Notes under the pieces: model-generated | Databases searched by the model: none | The model's input: only the letters and a program-made list of their open reading frames with translations | Told to the model about the DNA's origin: nothing | Part shown: positions 38,719 to 45,643 of the stretch, piece by piece | How the letters are laid out: each line of letters begins with the position of its first letter | Numbering within the stretch: the first letter of the stretch is position 1 | Made by a program: the position numbers and the translations under genes | Source: Bacteroidales bacterium | GTDB taxonomy: Bacteria; Bacteroidota; Bacteroidia; Bacteroidales; ML635J-15 | Length of the DNA: 64,000 nucleotides | NCBI GenBank assembly: GCA_017617125.1 | Contig: JAFZWY010000039.1 | Span: 13,145 to 77,144 of the forward strand | Direction of reading: 5' to 3'

Positions 38719-38837
38719 GTGTTTCGCTTTGGCACCAAGATCGCGCCACTCGTTTCGGGAAGCCGGCATTTATCTCGTAATGATGCGTGGAAGCCTCCTC
38801 TGCTGGGGGACCAGACAGGCTGAGTGAAACATTTTTT
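38719..38837 (+). ncRNA. candidate small RNA A (antisense-oriented, end-to-end closed stem plus U-tract)
   Basis: The 5' TGTTTC (38720-38725) pairs with the 3' GAAACA (38826-38831), followed by T6. There is an internal CTGG-GGGA-CCAG hairpin. It shares the CGCYTTGGCA and ACAGGCTGRG strings with candidate B. Confidence 0.3.
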
Positions 38838-39252
38838 ATTTATACCTATTGGAATAAAACGATTTGAAAATATTTCCCTTCTTGACGACCTTTACAGCAA
38901 TCGTAAATTTTATTTTACCACGAAACTTTTCCATACTATAAATAATATGATTCTCATCAGATTCCATACTACCATTGCGTACTACATCCATCAGATTTAA
39001 AATTTCCAAAGCGGTAACAGCCCCACGATTTGTCTTGTAATGTTTGAGCAAAACATGTTGTGTGCCTTCATTTTCATCATCAGATGGAAACATTATTGTA
39101 ACAGGACCGCCATTACCATCCGTAGTGCAGATACGTTTCAGTTTCCCTTTGGTCCGACAAAAAGTTTCGAAAACTCTATTCTGCTCCTCGGTTAGTTCCC
39201 TGTTGCCAACCTCAGCACGGAACTGCGCTATCCTATCGTCGATGAGTGCCAT
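38836..39252 (-). CDS. hypothetical basic 138-aa protein X1 (paralog of 39716-40132)
   Basis: N-terminus MALIDDRIAQFR.EVG..ELTEEQ, central H/K-x-V-L-x-KH motif, C-terminal FKSFYS. Starts 13 nt after the SSB2 stop. Confidence 0.7.
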   Translation of the reverse strand: MALIDDRIAQFRAEVGNRELTEEQNRVFETFCRTKGKLKRICTTDGNGGPVTIMFPSDDENEGTQHVLLKHYKTNRGAVTALEILNLMDVVRNGSMESDENHIIYSMEKFRGKIKFTIAVKVVKKGNIFKSFYSNRYK

Positions 39253-39265
39253 ATTGCAATGGATA

Positions 39266-39607
39266 CTATTCCGCCTTTTCCTTTAATGACAATTCGCAAA
39301 TAACCTCATTCGCAACAACTTCCGTTATATACCGCTTTACATTGTTCGCATCCTCGTAACTGCGCGAAGTCAACCTGCCAACGATGGTAACATGCGTTCC
39401 CTTTGTGCATCGCTCCGACACCTTGTCGGCATTCGCACCCCATGCAACGATGTTGTGCCATTCAGTCCGACTAGCCGGCTTGCCATTCTCATAATAACTC
39501 TCGGAAGTTGCCAACGAAAACCTTGCAACCTTTCCACCTCTTGTCTCGTTTACCTTCGGATCAGCACCCATGTTGCCGACCAACATTACAAAATTTCTAA
39601 TTTCCAT
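39266..39607 (-). CDS. ssb: single-stranded DNA-binding protein, OB-fold only, no acidic tail (SSB2)
   Basis: VGNMGADP...ARFSLATSE...TEWHNIVAWG...KGTHVTIVGRL..RSYED....RYITEVVA. 113 aa. Confidence 0.85.
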   Translation of the reverse strand: MEIRNFVMLVGNMGADPKVNETRGGKVARFSLATSESYYENGKPASRTEWHNIVAWGANADKVSERCTKGTHVTIVGRLTSRSYEDANNVKRYITEVVANEVICELSLKEKAE

Positions 39608-39619
39608 GTCTTTTAATTT

Positions 39620-39650
39620 TTTGTCAGTTTATAATTTATTACTACTTTTG
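39620..39650 (+). promoter_or_regulatory. consensus Bacteroidota promoter (-33 TTTG, 19-nt spacer, -7 TACTTTTG) oriented against the flanking genes
   Basis: TTTG at 39620-39623 and TACTTTTG at 39643-39650. Confidence 0.5.
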
Positions 39651-39653
39651 CAT

Positions 39654-39716
39654 TGTCTTTTCGCCTTGGCAAAATTGTTTTCGAAACAATAAACAGGCTG
39701 GGGAAAAGACTTTTTT
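39654..39716 (+). ncRNA. candidate small RNA B (antisense-oriented, closed stem plus U-tract)
   Basis: GTCTTTTC (39655-39662) pairs with GAAAAGAC (39703-39710), followed by T6. There is an inner 7-bp hairpin ATTGTTT-TCG-AAACAAT (39674-39690). The T-run abuts the X2 stop codon. Confidence 0.35.
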
Positions 39717-40132
39717 CATTTATAGCCAATTGTTGAATAAAAGGACTTGAATACCGCATCTTTTCCGTTTGAAAAAACTTTCAATACCGTAAAATATAAT
39801 GCACCATCGCATGTCCATGCCTTTTCGTATATTATATTCCCCATACTCATATACTTGCGGCCAGTTCTAACAGTATCAAACATATCCAGTATTTGGACTG
39901 CTGTAACTGTTCCATCAGGTGTACAATAATGTTTCGTAAGCACTTTTTTTACTTCAGCAGAAGAATCCATCGACACCCGAAGGGAAACACCTTCTACATC
40001 AACTATATGAATTCTAACAAGCGAACCATTCTTTTTTGTGAATGCATTGAAAATCTTTCTCTGCTCCTCAGTTAGTTCCATGTCGCCAACTTCCGTACGG
40101 AACTGCGCTATCCTATCGTCGATGAGTGCCAT
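39716..40132 (-). CDS. hypothetical basic 138-aa protein X2 (paralog of 38836-39252)
   Basis: Same length and motifs as X1. Its first 36 nt are identical to X1. Starts 17 nt after the SSB3 stop. Confidence 0.7.
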   Translation of the reverse strand: MALIDDRIAQFRTEVGDMELTEEQRKIFNAFTKKNGSLVRIHIVDVEGVSLRVSMDSSAEVKKVLTKHYCTPDGTVTAVQILDMFDTVRTGRKYMSMGNIIYEKAWTCDGALYFTVLKVFSNGKDAVFKSFYSTIGYK

Positions 40133-40149
40133 AATTCAAACACCAGAAT

Positions 40150-40515
40150 TTATGCAATATTCTTTTCTACCTTTGCATCCGCACGTTTCAACCTTCTTAT
40201 CATTATGCTGTCGGCAACAATCTCCGAAACTTTGCGCTCACGGCCTTCGCGATCGGTAAACTTGGTGCTTACCACGCTACCTATAACTATTATTTCACTA
40301 CCCGTGGAAACTTCGCGATCCTGCAAAACTTCTGCAATACGATTCCATGCCGTAACACTATGCCACTGCGTGTCACGCACATATTTACCTTCTTTTTTAT
40401 AAACATCAGTAGTTGCGAGCGAGAAGCGTGCGAGTTTCCTACCATTTCCAAAATCCCTGATCTGCGGTTCCGAACCCAGATTTCCAATCAGCTGTACGCG
40501 ATTTCTTAAATTCAT
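40150..40515 (-). CDS. ssb: single-stranded DNA-binding protein, OB-fold only, no acidic tail (SSB3)
   Basis: MNLRNRVQLIGNLGSEP...ARFSLATTD...TQWHSVTAWN. 121 aa with a basic C-terminus. Confidence 0.85.
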   Translation of the reverse strand: MNLRNRVQLIGNLGSEPQIRDFGNGRKLARFSLATTDVYKKEGKYVRDTQWHSVTAWNRIAEVLQDREVSTGSEIIVIGSVVSTKFTDREGRERKVSEIVADSIMIRRLKRADAKVEKNIA

Positions 40516-40705
40516 AATCGTAAATTTTTAAACGTTAAACATTTTGTTCGGACTTCGTTGTGAAATCCGATGCAAAAGTCGGGCGATTCGGAAATACGAG
40601 TCGGTTTTTAAACGCTTACTTTCGTTTATTAGTCGTTTCTTGTCGTTTATACACGGATATGTAATTATGTTTCAATACGATAAAAAAAATTTCATTTTTC
40701 ATAAT

Positions 40706-40741
40706 GCAAAAAAAGAGGAAACTCCATCGGAATTTCCTCTT
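40706..40741 (-). terminator. intrinsic terminator of the DUF1015 gene
   Basis: On the minus strand: AGAGGAAA-11 nt-TTTCCTCT followed by T7. Confidence 0.8.
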
Positions 40742-40761
40742 TCTTATTCGAGTAATAACAA

Positions 40762-42006
40762 TTAAATCTTGTGGATTGCCAAGCCCGAACGGAGTTTCGG
40801 CTCGAACCAGGTGGTCTTCGGAGGCATGATGTTGCCAGAGTCGGCAATGTTGATGAGCTGCTGCATCGAAACTGGATACAATGCGAATGCAACAACCATT
40901 TCGCCCGAATCAACACGACGCTTCAGTTCGCCAAGACCGCGGATACCGCCGACGAAATCGATGCGGTTGCTGGTGCGGAGGTCAGCAATACCGAGGATGT
41001 CATTGAGAACGTGCTTCGAAAGGATGTTTACGTCCAATACACCAAGTGGAGTGTTGTCGTAAGTTCCCCGCTTTGCGTTCATCTTGTACCAGTGACCATC
41101 GAGGTACATGCTGAATTCGTGCAACGAAGCCGGCTTGTAGATTTCGGTACCCATATCCTGAACTACGAAATTCTCAACGACCTTGTTCAAGAAATCTTCC
41201 TTGCTCAATCCGTTCAAGTCCTTTACTACGCGGTTGTAGTCGATAATCTTGAGCTGGTTGTCCGGGAAGTGAACTGCCATGAAGAAATTGTATTCTTCCT
41301 TGCCAGTGTGGTTGGGGTTCTTTCCTGCATATTCCTTACCAATACGGCTAGCTGCAGCGGTACGATGGTGACCGTCAGCAACGTAAGTATAAGGAACCTT
41401 GGTTGCAAAGAGTTCTTCGATGCGCTTGTTGGTAGCGTCGTCGTTGATAACCCAGAAATGATGACCGAAGCCGTCTTCTGCTACGAAATCGTATTCAGCA
41501 GGCTGGTTCTTTACGATGTTTTCAACTATAGCGTCGATTTCGGGAACTGCCTTGTACGAGAAGAATACCGGTTCGAGGTTAGCGTTGACGTAACGGGTGA
41601 GAACCATACGGTCTTCTTCCTTCTCGATACGGGTAAGCTCGTGCTTCTTGATAACGCCGTTGAAGTAGTCTTCCGACGAAGCGCAGCCAACGATACCGTA
41701 CTGTGTACGACCGTCCATTGTCTGAGCGTAGATGTAGAATTTCGGCTTTTCGTCTTCGACGAGCCATCCTTCCTTCTGCATCTTTGCAAAATTCTCGACA
41801 GCCTTGTTGTAAACTATTTCGCTGTGAAGATCTGTTCCCTTTGGGAGGTCGATTTCAGCGCGTGTAACGTGAAGAAGAGATTCCTTCTTGCCTTCAGCCA
41901 TCTGAGCTGCTTCTTCCGAGTTCATAACATCGTATGGAAGGCACGATACCTTCTCTACCAAATTCTTTGGAGGACGTAAGCCTCTGAAAGGTTTTACTAT
42001 TGCCAT
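40762..42006 (-). CDS. DUF1015-domain protein
   Basis: MAIVKPFRGLRP...LPYDVMNSEEA N-terminus and YVADGHHR motif, typical of DUF1015. Confidence 0.8.
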   Translation of the reverse strand: MAIVKPFRGLRPPKNLVEKVSCLPYDVMNSEEAAQMAEGKKESLLHVTRAEIDLPKGTDLHSEIVYNKAVENFAKMQKEGWLVEDEKPKFYIYAQTMDGRTQYGIVGCASSEDYFNGVIKKHELTRIEKEEDRMVLTRYVNANLEPVFFSYKAVPEIDAIVENIVKNQPAEYDFVAEDGFGHHFWVINDDATNKRIEELFATKVPYTYVADGHHRTAAASRIGKEYAGKNPNHTGKEEYNFFMAVHFPDNQLKIIDYNRVVKDLNGLSKEDFLNKVVENFVVQDMGTEIYKPASLHEFSMYLDGHWYKMNAKRGTYDNTPLGVLDVNILSKHVLNDILGIADLRTSNRIDFVGGIRGLGELKRRVDSGEMVVAFALYPVSMQQLINIADSGNIMPPKTTWFEPKLRSGLAIHKI

Positions 42007-42186
42007 TTCTTATGTTTTTTAATTAGTTATACTTTTGAAAAATAATTCCGCAAAGATAACGTTTTTATCAGTCGGAAAAATTTTAATCAAATATTTATTT
42101 CACCACAAAAAAAATCTTAAAATTCACAATGCGCATTCCAGCATCACATAAAGTTATTACCTTTGCATTAAATAAAAAAAATAAGA

Positions 42187-42996
42187 ATGAACATAACTAG
42201 AACATCGAACCCTACATTGGGTAAAAATGCTTTCACAAGCGAAGCGAACAACCAAAGAATGGCTGGCGCAACAGGTACAACTTTCGGTCAAAACAATGCA
42301 GCAACCGAAACAACCTCCAACGGTGGCGTAATGACTTTGAAAGGTGCAATAAACAAGACCATAATACTATTTGCAATATTGCTGCTTACCGGCATAGTAT
42401 CGTGGAAAATGACATGGGCAGGACAAATTGCAACTCCAATATTACTAATCGGCGGAACAATCGGCGGTTTAATATTAGGCCTTGTAACAAGCTTCGCAAA
42501 GAAGGCCGCCCCAATAACAGCACCCCTTTATGCTGCTTTCGAAGGGGTTGTCCTCGGATCAATATCGTCGATGTTCGAAGCCGCATACAGCGGAATAGTA
42601 TTTCAGGCTGTCGCACTGACATTGCTAGTTTTCGGACTTATGCTTTTCATGTACAAGACGGGCATACTAAAGGCTTCGGGAAAATTCATGAAAGGCGTAT
42701 TCGTCGCAACTGCCGCAATAGGCATTTTCTACCTTGTCAGTTTCATCGTAGGACTATTCACACCGGCCTTTAACGAATTTCTTTTCGCCAACCCGCTAAT
42801 AGGAATAGTTATCAGCATAATAATAGTTGTGGTTGCCGCACTTAACCTAATCCTCGACTTCAGCACAATAGAAAGCGGTGCCAATTCAGGTGCACCCAAA
42901 TATATGGAATGGTACGCAGGATTCGGACTTATGGTTACTTTGGTATGGCTCTACATCGAAATTTTGAGACTATTGTCGTATCTAAGAAGAGACTAA
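42187..42996 (+). CDS. Bax inhibitor-1-like (BaxI_1/YccA-related) membrane protein
   Basis: RTSNPTL N-terminal motif, then seven hydrophobic helices. Confidence 0.65.
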   Translation: MNITRTSNPTLGKNAFTSEANNQRMAGATGTTFGQNNAATETTSNGGVMTLKGAINKTIILFAILLLTGIVSWKMTWAGQIATPILLIGGTIGGLILGLVTSFAKKAAPITAPLYAAFEGVVLGSISSMFEAAYSGIVFQAVALTLLVFGLMLFMYKTGILKASGKFMKGVFVATAAIGIFYLVSFIVGLFTPAFNEFLFANPLIGIVISIIIVVVAALNLILDFSTIESGANSGAPKYMEWYAGFGLMVTLVWLYIEILRLLSYLRRD

Positions 42997-43014
42997 AAGA
43001 TTTTCATAATAAGG

Positions 43015-43042
43015 ACGGCTTGCATTTGCGAGCCGTTTTTTT
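43015..43042 (+). terminator. intrinsic terminator after the BaxI-like gene
   Basis: ACGGCT-10 nt-AGCCGT followed by T6. Confidence 0.7.
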
Positions 43043-43736
43043 ATGCACGTGCCAGCACCGCAATGCTCAGACGCAGCCCTTCGACCGACAGCAATGTAGA
43101 ACCGCAAGCTTCGGTAGTAGCTCCGGTTGTCAGCACATCGTCGACAAGAAGGACATGTTTGCCCTTTAAGATATCGTTATCCGTCAGCACAAATTTTCCC
43201 GACACATTCTGCCAGCGTTCGTCCTTGTTCATCTTGGTCTGCGTCTTGGTATCGGTATTCCGGACTAGTACACCCGTAAGCACAGGGATTTTCGTCACTG
43301 CCGAAATTCCAGACGCTATCCGTTCGCTCTGATTGTATCCTCGCTTCTTCTCTCGGTTAGGGTGCAAAGGCACTGGAATTATATAGTCGATGTCGGAGAA
43401 ATTTCCAGACGAAAGCATTTCAGCGCCAAGTTCCTTGCCTAGCAGCACACCTATTTCGGGCTTATGGCGATATTTTAACGAATGAAGTAATTTTCTGAAC
43501 TTACTGCCCTTCTGGAACGAAAACAAAGCAGTTGCCCGTTCCACCCTTATGCGCCCTTCAAACAACTGCAATATCGGATTGTCAAGTTCCTTGCAAAAAT
43601 GAGTACGGGGAAGTTCATACAGGCAATCGAAACACAGTACCTCCTCGCCTCGCGACAACGCACGTCCACATGCTTCACAGTTCTTAGGAAACAGCAAAAA
43701 CCAGAAATCGGACAAATATTCAAGAAACTTGTTCAT
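43041..43736 (-). CDS. ComF-family phosphoribosyltransferase-domain protein
   Basis: N-terminal Cys4 zinc motif (CEACG...CFDC) and C-terminal PRTase motif VLLVDDVLTTGAT. The first ATG is at 43736, with a TAACTTTG box just upstream. Confidence 0.8.
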   Translation of the reverse strand: MNKFLEYLSDFWFLLFPKNCEACGRALSRGEEVLCFDCLYELPRTHFCKELDNPILQLFEGRIRVERATALFSFQKGSKFRKLLHSLKYRHKPEIGVLLGKELGAEMLSSGNFSDIDYIIPVPLHPNREKKRGYNQSERIASGISAVTKIPVLTGVLVRNTDTKTQTKMNKDERWQNVSGKFVLTDNDILKGKHVLLVDDVLTTGATTEACGSTLLSVEGLRLSIAVLARA

Positions 43737-43853
43737 ACAAGATGCAAAGTTAAGCAATTTTTCTAAGCCTCAAAAAAACTGACACGAATAGAAAAAAACA
43801 TGACAAAATTTCAGAAAAATGTCTTACCTTTGCAAACATATTTTCGCAACGAA

Positions 43854-45101
43854 ATGGAACTGAGTATAGAAGACATTCAGAAGATAAAAACAAATAGCGG
43901 GATTATAGGCAATTCGGCTGGGCTTAATCGTGCCATAAGTGTAGCTGTACAAGTTGCAGTTACCGACTTGTCGGTACTGGTGCTTGGAGAAAGCGGAGCA
44001 GGAAAAGAAAAGATTCCGCAGATAATACACAGGCATAGCCGTCGTGCCGGGAAGACATACATAGCAGTCAACTGCGGCGCAATTCCCGAAGGCACAATCG
44101 ATTCCGAACTTTTCGGTCATGTAAAGGGCGCTTTCACCAACGCAATCACCGAACGCAAGGGCTATTTCGAGGAAGCCAACGGCGGAACGATCTTTCTTGA
44201 CGAGGTTGCCGAACTGCCTTTGCCTACACAGGCACGTTTGCTCAGGGTTCTAGAATCTGGCGAATTTATGAAGGTCGGCTCATCGAAAGTAGAAAAGACC
44301 GACGTAAGAATCATTGCGGCAACCAACGTTAACCTGCAGGAGCGCATAAACGACGGCAAGTTCCGCGAAGACCTATTCTACCGACTCAACACCGTACCTA
44401 TAATAATACCGCCACTGCGCGAACGCAAGGAAGACATACATTTGCTTTTCAGAAAATTTGCTCGCGACTTTGCCGACAAGTACAACATGCCTGCAATATC
44501 GCTCACTCCAGAAGCCACTGCATTGCTCGAAAGCTACAGGTGGCCGGGAAATGTCCGCGAACTGAAGCATGTAGCCGACCAGATTTCGATAATCGAAAAG
44601 GACCGCACCATCTCCGCGGAAACGCTAAAGCGATACCTTATAGATATACACTCTTCATCGTTACCAGCAATAATTAATAATGGTGGAAAAGCCAACGACT
44701 TCTCCACCGAACGCGAAATCCTGTACAAGGTATTGTTCGACCTGAAAAAGGAAATGGACGAGATGAAAATCCTGCTCAACGACATTATCGACCAGAACCC
44801 GAACATAAGGTACTCGCTCAACAACAACGACAACCGAATAATTACCGACCTTTCGGATACCCTTAAAATCAATACGCAGGTAACACCTATGTACAACGAG
44901 TCAATGCAATATCACCAGCAGATGCAATCATCCGAAGGAGAAGTTGTAGAGGAAGAACTTTCGCTTGCAGACCAAGAGAAAAATTTGATTATCAAGGTAC
45001 TACAAAAAAACAACAACAAACGGAAACTCACTGCCAAAGAATTGGGAATTTCGGAACGCACACTATATAGAAAGATAAAGGAAATGGGAATTGGAAAATA
45101 G
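43854..45101 (+). CDS. sigma-54-dependent transcriptional activator (AAA+ plus Fis-type HTH, no receiver domain)
   Basis: GESGAGKE Walker A, GAFTNA loop (a GAFTGA variant), FLDEV, C-terminal HTH AKELGISERTLYRKIKE. The start follows a TACCTTTG box at 43826-43833. Confidence 0.85.
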   Translation: MELSIEDIQKIKTNSGIIGNSAGLNRAISVAVQVAVTDLSVLVLGESGAGKEKIPQIIHRHSRRAGKTYIAVNCGAIPEGTIDSELFGHVKGAFTNAITERKGYFEEANGGTIFLDEVAELPLPTQARLLRVLESGEFMKVGSSKVEKTDVRIIAATNVNLQERINDGKFREDLFYRLNTVPIIIPPLRERKEDIHLLFRKFARDFADKYNMPAISLTPEATALLESYRWPGNVRELKHVADQISIIEKDRTISAETLKRYLIDIHSSSLPAIINNGGKANDFSTEREILYKVLFDLKKEMDEMKILLNDIIDQNPNIRYSLNNNDNRIITDLSDTLKINTQVTPMYNESMQYHQQMQSSEGEVVEEELSLADQEKNLIIKVLQKNNNKRKLTAKELGISERTLYRKIKEMGIGK

Positions 45102-45132
45102 CTGGTTGAGCATAGTCGAAACGGAGGAATAA

Positions 45133-45642
45133 ATGAAATATAGACTATACATATTATTAATAATCGAATCGTGCATAGCATTTGCATCGTGCAAGGGCGG
45201 ATATTCCTTCACAGGAGCCGACATCAGCCCCGACACCAAGACTTTCACCGTAGAACTTTTCCCAAACCACGCCAGCCTCGTTCAACCGACATTGAGCAAT
45301 GTGCTTACCGAAACCTTGAAGGACAAATTCCTATCAGCCACAAGCTTGCATCTTGTAAACGAAAACGGAGACCTATATTTTGAAGGCGAAATCACAAACT
45401 ACAATGTGACAGCCCAAGCATATCAAGGCAACGAAACTTCGGCCCTCACCCGACTTACAATCAGCATCAGGGTGCGTTTCACAAACAACATTGAGCCAGC
45501 CAAAAGCTTTGAATCAACATTTTCAAGATACGCCGACTTCGAAAGTTCACAGAACCTTTCGGCAGTAGAAGGCGAACTCATGCAACAAATATGCGACGAA
45601 CTGGTAGATGATATTTTTAATAAATCCGTAGCTAACTGGTAA
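45133..45642 (+). CDS. lptE: LptE-like LPS-assembly lipoprotein
   Basis: Lipobox FASC. Family-typical YSFTG...KTF.V..F.N.A and RLTISIRVRF blocks. Conserved position between the sigma-54 activator and secG. Confidence 0.6.
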   Translation: MKYRLYILLIIESCIAFASCKGGYSFTGADISPDTKTFTVELFPNHASLVQPTLSNVLTETLKDKFLSATSLHLVNENGDLYFEGEITNYNVTAQAYQGNETSALTRLTISIRVRFTNNIEPAKSFESTFSRYADFESSQNLSAVEGELMQQICDELVDDIFNKSVANW

Positions 45643-45643
45643 T

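Noticed and set aside
38672-38749. Track-predicted N-terminal extension of SSB1 (GTG start at 38749) and a 25-codon minus-strand mini-ORF (ATG at ~38771)
   Set aside because: The extension is not shared with SSB2 or SSB3, whose alignments begin at the MNL(K/R)NRV / MEIRNFV methionine. The mini-ORF has no conservation in spacer 2.
38672-39716. Invertible (phase-variable) promoter locked in the OFF orientation in the two SSB spacers
   Set aside because: Bacteroides invertible promoters are flanked by inverted repeats of roughly 15-30 bp and have a nearby recombinase. Here the only inverted sequences flanking the promoter in spacer 2 are 7-8 bp (GTCTTTTA / GAAAAGAC), and none is evident in spacer 1. 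No recombinase gene lies in the window.
28400-40600. Integrated conjugative or mobilisable element suggested by topoisomerase III, an HTH protein, a tRNA-Met, tail-less SSBs and a helicase
   Set aside because: No integrase, relaxase, coupling protein or tra genes are present. I found no direct repeat of the tRNA 3' end. Ordinary housekeeping genes (GT-C glycosyltransferase, aminotransferase) are interspersed. At most it is an old remnant, so it is not called as a mobile element.
40771-41979. 402-aa ORF on the plus strand
   Set aside because: It is antisense to the DUF1015 gene over its full length. It has the typical shadow-frame composition (Val/Phe/Asn/Cys-rich) and no recognisable domain.
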